Notes: generated by a model from the sequence alone, not told the origin. DNA of 64,000 nt from Octopus vulgaris (GCA_951406725.2 OX597830.1:39618001-39682000), one strand, 5' to 3'. Positions 28,526 to 43,689 are shown, numbered from the stretch's first letter. Program-made: numbers and translations.

Positions 28526-28746
28526 TGTGTGTATTGTGTCTGTCCCTCACCACCGCTTGAAACTGGTGTTGGTTTGTTTTAGGTCCTCGTAACATTGCGG
28601 TTCGGCAAAAGAGACTATAGAATAAACGCCAGGTTTTTTAAAAAAGAGAAAAGTACTGGGGTTCGATTCCTTCGATTAAATTTCTTCAAAGCGATGCCCC
28701 AGCATGACCGAAGTCTAATGACTGAAACTAGTAAAAGAATAAAATA
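28325..28746 (+). mobile_element. SINE family A
   Basis: gaagcttgcttc..catggttccgggttcagt head, (TG)n slot, 3' body ending gactgaaactagtaaaagaataaaa. Confidence 0.85.
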
Positions 28747-29589
28747 ATATAGCATAGAACAGAGAAATGTCACGGGTGCGTGAGTCGCAAAGAGTTTTTA
28801 TCTCCACAATATCCTCTCACCTGGGGTGATTAACGAAGATTACATCAAGCAATATTCCCCCAAGACACTGCTTTACAAAGTTGACTGGTGGCCATTTCTG
28901 CCTGCTATCCTTTACATACGGTGCAATACTAAGTGAAAACTTTCCTCACTGTTCCCCACAAGAGCTCTGATATTATGGGTGATATGCTCGATGCTCCACA
29001 TGAATTTTCTGAAAGTTTTTTAAAGTATCATTTTGGTCTTCTTTAGATCTAGTCTTTCTCATCAAGAGATGAGAAATATTCTTGCAGCAAATATTCTTGC
29101 TGCAAATCTGGCAGTTGAACAATACTTGTAGAACCCCTCTGTTGTAGATGTTACTATACATGCTTGCTGCTGGTAATGATGATAATGACGAGGATGATGA
29201 TGATGTTACCAGTAGGTACAATGAATGGGGTAATGGTAGCATTGGTAAAGTTGGGTTATATGCAACTGCGTTTTCTTTTTTGTATGCTCCTCCTCGTGCT
29301 TTATATTATCCATGGCTCTTACCGTTATCTTGTCATTACATATTGTTGCAAATACTGTCAAAGCTGATAATGGCAACGGTGGCACTTGCACTATTACAGC
29401 TTAATTCTTTTTCTTCTTGAACTTTGATCGTCTTCTAAACTTTGAAGTCAGTAAAAGAACAATAGACGAAAATACAATCATTATATTCCTTGTTAAGGCT
29501 CGTACGTGTAAGAGCATGAATGAGTGCGCATGTCTTTAAGATTTCCTTATCGTCAACACAGCGGACGCTACTTCTTTCTTTATGTTGAC

Positions 29590-30990
<1,401 letters not shown>

Positions 30991-30996
30991 ATACAA

Positions 30997-31821
30997 AGGT
31001 GCAGATGTGGCTGTGTGGTAACAAACTTGGTTCCAAAACACATGGTCCTCAGTTCAGTCCCACTGTGTGGTAATTTGGCATGTGTCTTCTGCTATAGCTT
31101 CAGACCAACCAAAGTCTTGTCAGTGGATCTTGTAGACAGAAAGAGTCTATGTGGGTACTGAGTGGAATTTAACGGTATTGTGGGAGATTTATCCGTTCTT
31201 TATGGACTGCTACTCCGCTGCGGAAAGGAAGGCTCGTTTGTCCGACATAATTGTGTTGGCAACCGGTGCATGTAAGAACGTAGATAAGGTTCTCGGAGGA
31301 ACATGAGAAGTTCGTCTTGATTTTAAACTTTGATCCTTGTTTGAAAGTAAATTCAGAGCCTTCAAGTAAGAAGAGGCAGGTACCACAGTTAGGGCGTGCA
31401 CATTTTTTAACAGATGGGGGTGGATTATTAAAGAATTGTTAAACATTGTTAAACATTCCAGAGAGGGGGATTTGAGATGGGGGAGGAAGTGGTGGAAGTA
31501 ATCTTGAACATTCCAGGGAGGGGAATTTGAGAGGGAAAGACGAGTGAGGGGAAGAAGAATTGTTGAAAATTCCGATGAGGGCTATCTGAGAGGGGGAAGG
31601 GAGAAAACGTAGGAAGGAATCTCTAACATTCCAGAGAGGGGGATTTAAGATAGGGAAGGGAGGAACTTCGTGGGAAAAACACCGTAACTTAGTGGTTCGG
31701 CAAAATAGATGGCTTGTATAAGTACGAGGCTTACAAAGAATAAATCCTGGGGAAGATTTGTTCAACTACAGGTGGTGCTCCAGCATAGCCGCTGTCAAAT
31801 GACTGAAACAAGTAAAAGAAT
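30997..31821 (+). mobile_element. SINE family A split by a ~540-bp insert
   Basis: Head 30997-31140 and tail 31682-31821 (cgtaacttagtggttcggcaaaa..gactgaaacaagtaaaagaa) flank unrelated sequence. Confidence 0.7.
31434..31675. repeat. Degenerate ~58-bp minisatellite x4
   Basis: aacattccagagagggggattt.agat.ggg..gg units at ~31452, 31507, 31566, 31626. Confidence 0.7.
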
Positions 31822-31875
31822 ATATATACATACATACATACATACATACATATAAATATATATATATATTGTGTC

Positions 31876-32155
31876 TGAAGGCGCGTAACTCATTGGTTGG
31901 GATGTTGCACCCTCGATTGCTAGATCGTGGGTTCGATTCCCGGACCGAGCTGCCCACTGCGCTTTTTAGCAAAACACTTGATTTGATGTTACCCCAGTTC
32001 AGTCAGTTGTAAATCGGTAACCTTGCCATGGAATAGAGATCGGATCTGGGACAATGTTGGTTTGCTCGCCAACCCAGCCGGGTGGCATTATTCGAATGCT
32101 AAAACAATGCGACGCACATGCATATCAACATCCGATAGTCTGGTCAATACCGTGA
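31876..32155 (+). mobile_element. tRNA-headed SINE (related to family C)
   Basis: gaaggcgcgtaactcattggtt..gatcgtgggttcgattcccggaccg A/B-box head; agcaaaacactt..ccagttcagtcagttgtaaat core. Confidence 0.7.
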
Positions 32156-32156
32156 A

Positions 32157-32210
<54 letters not shown>

Positions 32211-32230
32211 GTAAATGTAGAACAATGAAA

Positions 32231-32265
<35 letters not shown>

Positions 32266-32332
32266 ATGTGTGTATATATATATATGCATAAATGTACGTA
32301 TATATATGTGTGTGAGTATTATATATATATAT

Positions 32333-32547
32333 TCTTTTATTCCTTTATTCTTTTACTTGTTCCAGTCATTTTGACTGCGGCCATGCTGGAGCACCACCTG
32401 TAGTTGAACAAATCGACCCCAGGACTTATTCTTTGTAAGCCTAGTACTTATTCAATCGGTCTCTGTTACCGAACCGCTAATTTACAGGGACGTAAACATA
32501 CCAGCATCGGTTGTCAAGCGGTGGTGGGGGACAAACACAGACACACG

Positions 32548-32580
<33 letters not shown>

Positions 32581-32710
32581 GACGAGCTCCTTTCAGTTTC
32601 CGTCTACTAAATCAACTCACAAGGCTTTAGTCTGCCCGAGGCTATAGTAGAAGACGCAGTGGGACCGAACCCGGAACCATGTAGTTAGGAAGCAAGCTTC
32701 TTACCACACA
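32333..32710 (-). mobile_element. SINE family A
   Basis: Reverse complement of family A body and head with (CA)n slot. Confidence 0.85.
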
Positions 32711-32734
32711 TACATACATACATACATACATACA

Positions 32735-32766
<32 letters not shown>

Positions 32767-32791
32767 CATACATACATACATACATACATAC

Positions 32792-32822
<31 letters not shown>

Positions 32823-32864
32823 CATACATACATACATACATACATACATACATGTATATATATA

Positions 32865-33150
32865 TAGTTAATCCAAACAAGAAAACACAAAAGCAAAAAA
32901 ACACAACAACGCGAGGACGTGGAACAAATAAAGTATTATTGGACGCTCAGGAAAGAAGGGAAGAAGGAGGGTTTAACGTTTCGAGCGGAGCTCTTCGTCG
33001 GAAACATAGGAGAAGGAAAGATCCCGAGAAGGGAAGACAGAAGAAAAAAATCGCCAGTGGTATTCACGTGGTCACATATTGAAAGACCGGTGGAAGAATA
33101 ATGTTTTTTTAAAGACAGGAGAGTTTTCAAAGACAGTATGGTAAAGAAAA
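32865..33150 (-). mobile_element. Penelope-like pseudo-LTR / 3' terminal repeat
   Basis: Downstream (minus strand) of the RT-GIY-YIG ORF; contains a hammerhead motif; similar layout to 47278-47450. Confidence 0.65.
32971..33005 (-). ncRNA. Minimal type I hammerhead ribozyme motif
   Basis: Minus strand GTTT-CCGACGA-A-GAGC-TCC-GCTC-GAAAC-GT-T-AAAC: stem I GTTT/AAAC, core CYGANGA, stem II, GAAA, palindromic ACGT stem III. Confidence 0.7.
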
Positions 33151-33159
33151 TGAGAGGGG

Positions 33160-34570
33160 GAATGTGTGTGGATGTGTGCGTGTGTGCTTGTACGTGCGTG
33201 TGTGTGTATATATATGTATAATTGTGTGCGTGTATGTATAATTGGGTGCCGTGTCTATGGGATGTATGTGTGGGTTCATTTGTGTGTGTGTGTGTATGTA
33301 TGTGCGTGTAGTTGTGTGTGCGTGTATGTGTGCGTTTGTATGTGTGTGTGTGTGTAAGCGTATATGGATGTATATGCGTGTATCCGTGGGGTTGTGAGTT
33401 TTGGGTGTGTGCGTGTGTGCGTGCGTATGTTTTTGTGTGCGTATGTGTGTGTGTGTGTGTCTGTGCTTATATGTGTGTACGTATGTGTATGTGTGCGTGC
33501 GCGTGCAGGTATATATTGTGTGTATGTATATGTGTCGGTGTGTATGTGAATTTGTGTGTGTTTGTACGTGTGTATGTGTGTGTGCGTGTATTGTATATAT
33601 ATGTAAATGTGTGTGTGTGCGTGTGTGTGTGTATGTGCGTGCGAGTGAATGTATGTATATATGTGCGTGTGTGTACAAATGTAGAGGTTTATATGTGTGT
33701 TTATAAGTTTATATGTGTGTATATGTATGTATGCAAGCACACACTTTATAATTGAAAGATTGATGGAAAAAAACTGGTGTGGGTGTATGTGAATCCACAG
33801 GCACACACACACACACACTGACGCACGCCTGCAATACAGCCAACCCCATATGCATGCATGTATGTATGTATGTATGTATGTATGTATGTATGTATGTATG
33901 TATGAGTGTGTGTGTATGTGTGCGTGTGTGTATGTATGTATGTGTGTATGTATGTATGTATGTGTGTGTATGTGTGTATGTACGTATGTATGTATGTATG
34001 TGTGTATGTGTGTGTGTATGTATGTATGTACGTATGTATGTATGTGTGTATGTGTGTGTGTATGTATGTATGTATGTATGTATGTATGTGTGTATATGTG
34101 TATGTGTGTATGTGTGTATGTGTGTGTGTATGTGTGTATGTATGTATGTGTGTATGTATGTGTGTATGTATGTATGTATGTGTGTGTGTATGTGTGTATG
34201 TGTATGTGTGTATGGATGTATGCATGTATGAATGTATGTATGTGTGTGTACGTATGTATGTGTGTGTGTGTGTGAATGTATGTGTATGTGCGTGGGGGAG
34301 TTGTGTGGGCGTAATGTACATGCGCGTGCTTGTGTGCGTGTGTGCGCTTACGTGCGTGTATGTATGTGTGTGTCTCTGCTAGGTGTTTATAAGAGTGTGA
34401 ATATCTGTATGAGTATTGTTTGTTGGTGTGTGTGCACGGGCATGTGTGTGTGCGCGTGGGGGATGCATAGGTGTGGAAGTATGTGTGCGTACATGTGCAT
34501 GTAGGTTGTATGTGTGTGGTGTGTTGGAAGTAGGTGTGTTCGTGGATACGTGAGTATGTGTGTGTGTTTC
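33160..34570. repeat. ~1.4-kb degenerate (TG)/(TATG)n tract
   Basis: Directly visible; lies between the Penelope ORF end and its putative terminal repeat. Confidence 0.9.
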
Positions 34571-34574
34571 TGTA

Positions 34575-36004
34575 TAAGGACAAAAAAGGGGGAGAGGTGG
34601 AGCGCAGTCACTAAGAGGAGGGGGCTGTGTTGAGTCCGTGTGGGGTGTTGGAGTGAAAATGAACCGTTGCTCCAAGTGAAGCCTGGATTGTGGAGGACCG
34701 TTGTGTGGGGCGAGACCAAACACAGAGATGTCATCGGGGGAATGGCTGGCCGAGCGGAAGTGACGTGCGACGGGAGAATTGGACCGTAGACGAACACCCC
34801 TTAGATGTTCGGCGAATCGGTCTGACAACCGGCGTCCCGTCTGTCCTATATACAACATTCCGCAGAGGTTGCATTTAATGCAGTATATGAGACCAGACGA
34901 AGTACACGTAAAAGAATGTCTGATACGTACAGTTCGCTGGTTGGAACCGGTGACAGCAGTGGTGTTGGTGATGAAGGGGCAGGTGTTGCAGCGGGATCTG
35001 GAGCACGGGAAGGATCCGTGTGGGGCTGAGGGGGAAGAAGAGAGGGTGATACGGACCAGGAGGTTGCGTAGATTCCGGGCTCGTTTGAAGGAGGACAGGG
35101 TGGGTTGGGGAAAATGGGGCGGGTCGTGGGATCGATCTGGAGGCGACGGAAGGCACGTAGTATCTTCTGACGAAGGGGTAGAGTAGAGGGGTGGAGAAGG
35201 AGGGGAAAGGGGTGCGGTTGGGGGTGAGAGGAAGGAGAAAGGGCGGTGGTGCGGTCAATGCGACGAGCGCGGGCGAGGGCGTTCAAGACCAGTGTAGGTG
35301 GGTATCCTCGATGCCTGAACAGGCGGGCCAGGTATTGAGACTGGGTCTCGAAATCCTGGTCGCGGCTGCACAAGCGTCGGAGGCGGAGGAACTGGGAGTA
35401 GGGGATGGCCCGTTTTGTGTGGAAGGGATGGGAGGAGGAGAAGTTGAGATAGAGGTGAGAATCCGTGAGTTTGAAGAAGGCGGAAGTGGTGAGAGAGTGG
35501 GAGGGGTGGTCGATGCTGAGAGAGATATCAAGGAAGTTGACAGAGGTATTGGAGATGGTGGAAGTGAATTGTAGAGAGGGGTGGAAGTTAGAGAGGAAAG
35601 AGATGAAGTGGCAGAGTTGTTCGCGGGAAAGGGAGGTGGCGCCTATGCAGTCGTCTATGTAGCGACCGTATAGTTCTGGGGTCGGCCCGGAGAATTGGGA
35701 GAATACTTGGGCCTCAATGTAGCCAACAAAGAGATTGGCGAAATTGGGGCCCATTCTCGTTCCCATCGCGACCCCGGACGTCTGTTGGTACGTTTCCCCG
35801 GCGAACGTGAAACAGTTGAGGGTGAGGACGAGCTCTGCCAGGCGGAGAAGGGTGTGGTGCTGGGGGTGGGGTCGGGACGACGGTCGAGGAAGTGTTGGAG
35901 GGCTAAGAGACCGTCGTTGTGGGGAATTACCGTATACAGGTATTTTATGTCTAAGGTGAAGAGGAGGTGTGAGGGGCTGGAAGGGAAGGAAAAGGAATTG
36001 AAGA

Positions 36005-36007
<3 letters not shown>
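34575..36007 (-). mobile_element. Penelope-like retroelement, 5'-truncated (RT + GIY-YIG endonuclease), frameshifted
   Basis: [75 protein letters not shown]; LIYCIKC..LYIGQTGRRLSDRFAEH GIY-YIG. Confidence 0.93.
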
Positions 36008-36096
<89 letters not shown>

Positions 36097-37409
36097 TATA
36101 TATATATATACATTCATACATATATATATTTATGTATATATATATATGTGTGTATGTGTGTGTGTGTGTATGTGTGTATTAGACGAAATGCTATATGTTT
36201 ATAATATGTTCTTGATTTTACACTCAAGAACACAGAAAATTACACAAAACTGCTGACACTTATATCTATATGTTTAAGTACCCTGTACAAATATGTGTGA
36301 GTATATATGCACATCTGTCAGGCTATAAAAATTGCTAGAACTAATATAATAATTTTGGAAATTCTCCAATCTCTGTCATGACAACCGGAAATCATCAAGC
36401 AAATACGACAGTCTAGAAGACTCTGTAATGATTTTCCGACAACGCAATCGGATGTGGATGTCACTAAATAAACCCGTTTGTCCTTTACGTGTCTTATTAC
36501 TAAATATTTTGCCTCTCTGGATATTTGCACATGATGCAGAAAAGATATCGCAAAGAGGTAAACCATCTATTGAAATTCATGTGTGTGTGTGTTGGGGGGG
36601 TTCGGTGTGCGTCTATGTGGTCATTAGATCAGCTAGAAGTAGCAACCAAATCCCTGTCATATCATTTTAAATAAAGAAAGGGGAAAGCATATATTGGGTT
36701 ATCAAAGCTTACATATACATAAAAAGAGTGTTTAATTATGGATCTCAATTATAGATGAACGTGAAGTTAAACAACTAACGCCGCTCTGTTTTTGTCAAAG
36801 GAGACATGCTTCTAGTCAGAACTTTGTTATTTAAGCGTCTATTGTTTTTTATATTGAAATTTTATTTTTCGATCTTGAAAGAGTCACGTGTTTCAAGTAT
36901 TTCGAAATCAAATAATCAATGATATTTCAATCGGTCTGATATAGCCGTATTTTCAACGCAGAGAGAAGTAACGAAGGAAACGGCATGAAAAAATTTTATT
37001 GAAAGTTTTAAGACATTCCAAAAAAAAAAAAAATATTCGATGGTTGTGTCATGCGGACAGAAACGTATCGTTTTTAACTCAGAGAGAGAAACGAATGAGA
37101 ATGGGATAAAAATAATAAAATTTTATGACATTCCTAAAAAAATATTCGATGGCTGTGTCATGTCACGCTGACAAAAACATATCGATTAAAACTGACAAAA
37201 TGTTATCTAAATATAAACGTTTGCAAATAGAGAAGTTGCATAGCTCAGGTTGAGAATGTTTCTGACAGTTACAGAAACAAACGAAACGAAGCGTAAAATG
37301 ACATTGCCCTAACAATGGACTGCTCGGCTCAATGTTACGAGCAAGATTTTTTTATCCAAAACGGGATAAATAAACGAACGAATAAACAAACGACATTAAT
37401 ATTGTTTTC

Positions 37410-37580
37410 ACATTTTGGCACAAGGCCAGCAATTTCGGGGAGTGGGGGGGTTGTATACATCGACCCCAGTGCTTAACTGGTACTTATTTCTTCGACCCTG
37501 AATGGATGGGATGCAAAGTTGGCCTGAACTTTAAACGTAAAGACGGACACAAGCATTTTGTGTCCGGCGTGCTCACCGCC

Positions 37581-37637
<57 letters not shown>

Positions 37638-38012
37638 GCGGAATAAGTGGAGCACGAGCACACACGAAAATGAAAAGTGTCGCGGAAGAGATCACAGATG
37701 TGTGACGAAAGATTTCCGGACAATGGACATGGCTTAAACTAATAAAAAATAAGAACAGTAATAAAAGGAGTGAAATAAAAAAAAAGTAATAACAATAATC
37801 TTTTCTAGTAAAGGCACAAGGCCTGAAATTTTGCCGAGAGGGGACTAGTCGATTAAATTGACGCCAGTGTTTCACAGGTACTTGATTTATCGACCCGAAA
37901 AGATGAAAGTCAAAGTCCACTTCGGCGGAATTTGATCTCAGAACGTAAAGACGGACGAAATGCCGCTAAGTATTTTGTCCGGCATGTTAACCATTCTGCC
38001 AGCTCGTCACCT

Positions 38013-38014
<2 letters not shown>
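37410..38014 (-). mobile_element. Two SINE family B copies separated by (TAA)n
   Basis: Reverse-complement core ggtactt.attt.tcgaccc.aa.gatg..ag at 37410-37580 and 37795-38014. Confidence 0.75.
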
Positions 38015-38070
<56 letters not shown>

Positions 38071-38078
<8 letters not shown>

Positions 38079-39490
38079 CTTTTATTAGCCACGTGGGCCG
38101 AACACAAAACAAATAGGGACATTACAAGAGGCAAGTGGGGTACTGAACAATGCGATGTATACAATAAGTAGCAAAATTAATTTAATAATAAAAATTCCCC
38201 TCAAAAGTGGGGAGTTCCTCACAGAGACAATTGAAGAACCCTGCACAACCTGGTTATCCCTGGTGCACCTAAGGAGGCGCCTGGTGCACCTCAGCAGGCG
38301 CTTCTCTTCTTCTCAGCTCCCCCGGTTTACAAACGAAAGTTCAGAGTAGATCCATTCACACGAGCCCTCCTCACCACATACACCCGTCTTTCAGCAAATT
38401 TACTGGGGGTGGGGCAGAACTTCCCTCTCTACCCTTACTTTCCTTTTCAAGTTGAACTTGAAAAAGTCGATGAGGGCTTGGTCGAAGAGGAAAGTATCTG
38501 TCTTCAGTTATTTCAGCCTTGTCCACCACACAACCTCCTTCGCCATAGCCACCAGACAGAGGAAAACTGCCTTTCTTTCCCGACCAAAGGAAGGCGAGCG
38601 GGTGATCTTCACGATGGACTCAGGTGATACCCGGACGAGTCCTACACACGATAACAGCTGTTCGACAAAGCTCTACAAGTCAGTAATGCACGGACACTGG
38701 ACAAGTGCATGCAAGACAGTTCCGTCGCCCTGCGCACACCTCGGACAGGTCTGATAGTACTTCCGTATCTATAGAGCTTGTCTCGAACCGGCAGAGCTCC
38801 CCGGTAGCACTGCCAGGCCAAGGATTTCTGGAAGTTATCCATAGACTTCGGCTCGAAAGTCCCCCCAGAAAGACCAGTTAATTAATCTCTCCCGACACCC
38901 AAAGTTTCCCCAAGGACATCGTCGTTCTTGCTCGCCATTAATCCCTTGCAGAACTCCAAAGTGGAACTTCCATCGACTGCGTTGCTCGACTGGCAGAAAG
39001 CTGTGAGCACTTGCCGACAATCGAGGTGCGAAGCACCCTTTCGTGGTCTACGTTTGATCCAAGACTGTAGCTCCGTCAATGAGACGAGCTGCGGAAAATC
39101 CTGCTTGACAAACGGCGATCACACGTTAACAAAATGCTGGAGATATCGTAGCCTCAGTGCGTGTTTGAGCATCATTAGCCACGGCATGCCCAGTCCTCCA
39201 CTCAACGCTTGTTGATAGCAGCTAGACCGTCTGACGAGTGGAACACGTCCCTTCCACAGAAAATGGAAAAGCAAGCGCTCCAGCTTGGTCAGCCATGACG
39301 ACGGTCAAACGGTAATAGTAACGGAAGCGATCTACGCATTCGCTACCTCCACCCGACCTTTCGAGGGCAGCTTCTCGGCTCATTTCTGGGTGAGATTGGC
39401 TACCCTGCTCGTCACTTAGTCCCAGTTCTTGTCCACCAGGAGGTCCGGACCATACCAGACCCCGAGTAGTTTAACCGGTCCTTCCGTCCA
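38071..39490 (-). mobile_element. L1/Tx1-like LINE 3' fragment (thumb, zf-RVT, CCHC, 3' UTR)
   Basis: PVKLLG..KNWD..KGRVEVANA, KLERLLFHFLWKG, SLAWQCYRGALPVRDKL, CPRCAQGDGTVLHALVQCP; 3' end gcccacgtggctaataaaagaaag. Confidence 0.85.
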
Positions 39491-40470
39491 TGTGATTTGA
39501 GTCCAGGGATGGATTTTGCTATGAAGTCACAATGGCGAACAATGATTATTTTGATTTTGCTTGGGATTGGACAAATGTGTCTGTTGATTCTTTTATTGTT
39601 CTGTTTCTTCAACTCAAATTGTTTAGATACATCATGACGCATTTTACACATTTTGGACAAGTACTCTGCACTATCTCCTTCTTTCTTCTGTTCCCCGACC
39701 TCTTCGATGTAGCGTCAACGAGTGTCAGCGGGCGACTGACTGTCTTGTGAATTAATTAATTATCTAATTAATTGATAACACAATTAAAATGAAATCCAAT
39801 GTGTTAGTGATATTTTAAGAATTTATGGGTGGGTTGCCAATTTCTGCTAAAAAGTTTTATGCATATTTGAATACTGACTCCAACGTATGTTTTCGCTGTG
39901 TTCAGCAACTTTTTGTCGACGAGCGCCATATTTGTTATCTAAGTGCATCTGCACCAACTTTAGTGATTCACTGAAAGTGTCTAGTCCAACTGTACCGGTT
40001 TTACAAAATATCTGAAGGCATGCAAAATGTCTCTAACATCACCGATTCTTCTTAGGAGAATAAGTATAGAAAGCGCATCACGTTTTGAGAGACGAAGTCT
40101 AAATTTTTTTAAATTTCTAATTTCATTCTTCCGAAGTTAGATAAAACTCAACAATACACGTCTTCCAAATGTAAGGCCTCTGCCTATATTGGAAATCATT
40201 ATTATAATAAAAGCGATGGATTGTCTAAATGGCTAGAGCGTCAGACAAAATGCTTAGTGGTTTTCAGTCATGGTCGTTCACAGTCAGCGTTCAAATTCCA
40301 CTAAGTTTAGACTCACCTTTCGTATTTCCGAGTTGGGTAAAATAAAGTAACAATCAGATATTAGGTTATATTTTGTCGACAAATTTTTCCCCATCAAATA
40401 TGTGACCCAATGTCAGTGTTACATATCAATATTATAATTATTATTACGACGGCGAACTATTATTCTTATT

Positions 40471-40541
<71 letters not shown>

Positions 40542-41974
40542 CATTATTATTATAATGACGGCAAAATACTTAACGACATTTTGTCTGTCTTTACATTGTG
40601 ATAAGTCGATTAGATCGACCCAATTGTTCAATTAGTACTTATTTTATCGACCGCGAAATGATGAAAGGCAAAGTCGACTTCAGTGGAGTTTGAACTCAGA
40701 ACCTAAAATCGGACGAAAAGCCGCTAAACATCTTGGCCGGAATGCTAACGGCTCTGCCAGCTCGCCGCCTTAAGTTAGCATAAATAAATGAAAAAACCTG
40801 ATTGTCACGAATGAAATATATTTGATCATAAGTATATTTGATTTACAGATCATCTGGGGCTAATACAAACAGTAATACCAGTATGGCAAATCATCGGGGC
40901 AGTGAATGGACAGATTCGTTAGGTTGTTGACACAGTACCTTGTGGTATTTCCTCCCGTCCAGCGCACCTTTGATTTTCATTCTTTCGAGGTCAACAGAAT
41001 GAAGTAGCAGTCAAGTACCGGGGTTTGTTGTTTCAACTAACCCCATCTCCTAAAAACTATTAGCATTGTGTCTAAATTAGAAACAATTATCTTCCACAAT
41101 CAGAGAACGTTTATTTTACAGAAACAACAGCTCTACAAATGGCAGTAACCATTGGTGTTCCTCCACATTCGAAGTACCAGTCTATGAGTGCTACTTTAGC
41201 ACTTGACCGTTCAGACGATTATTGCACAATCAGACGATTATAAGACACAATGTCAAATTCAATATCTTATTGCGGTAAATTATCTTACTGATCCTTTAAA
41301 AAAATTGAAAAGCTCAATTGCTTTCGGTGGAATTTGAACACAGGACGTGGAAAGACTTAATTGAATATTTGTTAGGCCTTTTATATTATTAGAAAGTCCC
41401 AAACGAGGCGAGAAACTACTTAGTGTAAACGACCACGAAGAAGAAATTAAGATGAAAGGAATGAATTTAGGTCATAAGAAGGGGGAAAACGATTAGATGG
41501 AGGCGAGGTCCTAAGTCTGGCAGTTCGAAGAAGAAAAGCTACATTTTAAATATCCTACCAAACCACTGCTCCATGGAGAATTACAATTGTTTCTTCTTTA
41601 AGAACAAGGCCAAGTAGGTTTGAAGAAGAGGTGTTGGCCGATACCGCCGATACCACCGATTCCAGTACTTGACCGGTACTTTATTCTATCGACGTCGAAA
41701 GAATAAATAATTAAGTTGACCTTGATGGGATTTAAACTCAAAGCGTAAAGAACCAGAAAAAAACAAGATATTTTTCCAATCCTCAAACGATTTTGACGAG
41801 TTTCTTTCATTAATATTTGCGAATTTTAGGCCGAAGGCCGGTAATTTTGATATGAAAAGGGATCAGTCCACTAAGTCAAACTTAGTATTTGACTCCTAAA
41901 TTATTTATCGATCCTGGAAAGATAAGAGGCAGGATTTGACCTCAGAACGTAAATAGCTGAGATGAGCCCTGCTA

Positions 41975-42310
41975 AAATGATCATATCTTTCGTCTTCTTC
42001 ACAGCAAAGAAATATATGAAAAATGTTTTGTCAGTTTGCCTCATGGTCCAAACGGGCAAAATGGAAAATGCGTTGCCCCGGAGGATGGCGATGGAGAAGC
42101 GCTGGAACGGCCACTCTGACTCATGGGGCTCGCACTTGCGGATAGACATTTCTGCCCTGATGGCGGTGAGCAGAGATGTTGTCCAGTGGTCGAGAACGCT
42201 GAAGGTCTCTACTGCCACGCACTCGACCGCAAACCTGTCACAGAGCAGCCGATACTTTTACAGTGTGCCCTTCCCGGCCTGACGAGCCTGGACTGACAGC
42301 TGAACACACC
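41975..42310 (-). pseudogene. CRE-clade non-LTR retrotransposon C-terminal fragment
   Basis: KYRLL..VAVETFSVL..QRFSIAILRGNAFSIL resembles the CRE-type RLE C-terminus (ETxG..QRLSIAIQRGNA). Confidence 0.65.
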
Positions 42311-42771
42311 AGATACCGTAAAGAGTTTTCTTTACCCGATACTCTGTATAATTCTATCAGTTCACTAGCGTTAAAGCCCTGCAATAGTATTAATTCATTC
42401 AACTAGTCTCTTCCCACGAAACTACTAGGCCTCGATCCAAAGGAATCAGTTGTACCTTTATTTCTGCCAATATGGTTCCGTACACACGTACTTGCAATGA
42501 CCAGACAACAACTAGCAGTCTTTACTCCATCGACAAAGGCTCTACTGTAACACTTATTCCTCCCATCCTACCTCCATCTAAATGTTAGTGTAGGTCACAC
42601 TGACACAACCAGCAAGTTTCATACAAAAGTGATGCAATCGTTCAACGACTTCTTTCCTTCTTATCTTTCTCTAGAACATAGTCTTGAGAGGTTTTCTTCG
42701 CTGGCCGAAACTCATAATGAGTCTCTTGTTAGACTATATTAACTTCGTAAAATTAGTGTTCGAATAATCTA

Positions 42772-43210
42772 TCTTTCATCTTTTACTTGTTTCAGTCAGT
42801 AGATTGTGGCCATATTGGGACACCACCTACAAATTTTTTTTAGTCGAATGCATCGACCCCAGTACTTATTCTTTGTAAGCCTCGTACTTATTCTATCGGT
42901 CTCTTTTGCCGAACCGCTAGTTTACGGGGACGTAAACACACCAACACCGGTTTCTTAGTGGTGGTGGAGGGACAAGCGCAGACACAAACACACACACACA
43001 CATACACACAAACGCACGTACACATACACAAACACAAACACATATATATGTACAACGGGATTCTTTCAGTTTCCGTCTATCAAATCCATTCTCAAGGCTT
43101 TGGTCGACCCGGGGCTATAGTAGAAAGCACTTACCCAAGATGCCATGCAGTGGGATTGAACCCGGAATCATGTGGTAGGCAAGCAAGCTTTTTGCCACAC
43201 AGCCACGCCT
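42772..43210 (-). mobile_element. SINE family A
   Basis: Full reverse-complement body, (CA)n slot and tRNA-like head. Confidence 0.87.
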
Positions 43211-43404
43211 ATGTTGAAAGTATTTGAAATTTTTTCCCCATAAAATCCGCTTTGAATTAAATAACTTATTGAACTGCAAATCAGATATAATTTCATTTTT
43301 CTTGTATTACATCATCCAGATAAAAGTTAACGGGTACAATCTAATCGATTTCAACGATATAGAAATTTTTGTTTTTTACCAATTGAGAAAGAAATTTCTT
43401 GTGT

Positions 43405-43452
43405 AATTTATTATTGTTATTGTTATTGTTATTGTTATTATTATTATTATTA

Positions 43453-43483
<31 letters not shown>

Positions 43484-43506
43484 CATTATTATTATTATTA
43501 TTGTTA

Positions 43507-43546
<40 letters not shown>

Positions 43547-43644
43547 CATTATTATTATTATTATCATCATTATTATTATTATTATCATCATTATTATTAT
43601 TATTATTGCTATTATTATTATTATTATCATCATCATCATCATCA

Positions 43645-43688
<44 letters not shown>
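43405..43688. repeat. (TTA/TCA/TTG)n microsatellite
   Basis: Directly visible. Confidence 0.95.

Positions 43689-43689
<1 letters not shown>

Noticed and set aside
39412-39750. Short complex ORFs next to the Tx1-like fragment (also 60010-60243)
   Set aside because: No recognisable domain or convincing splice context; cannot be supported as host exons.
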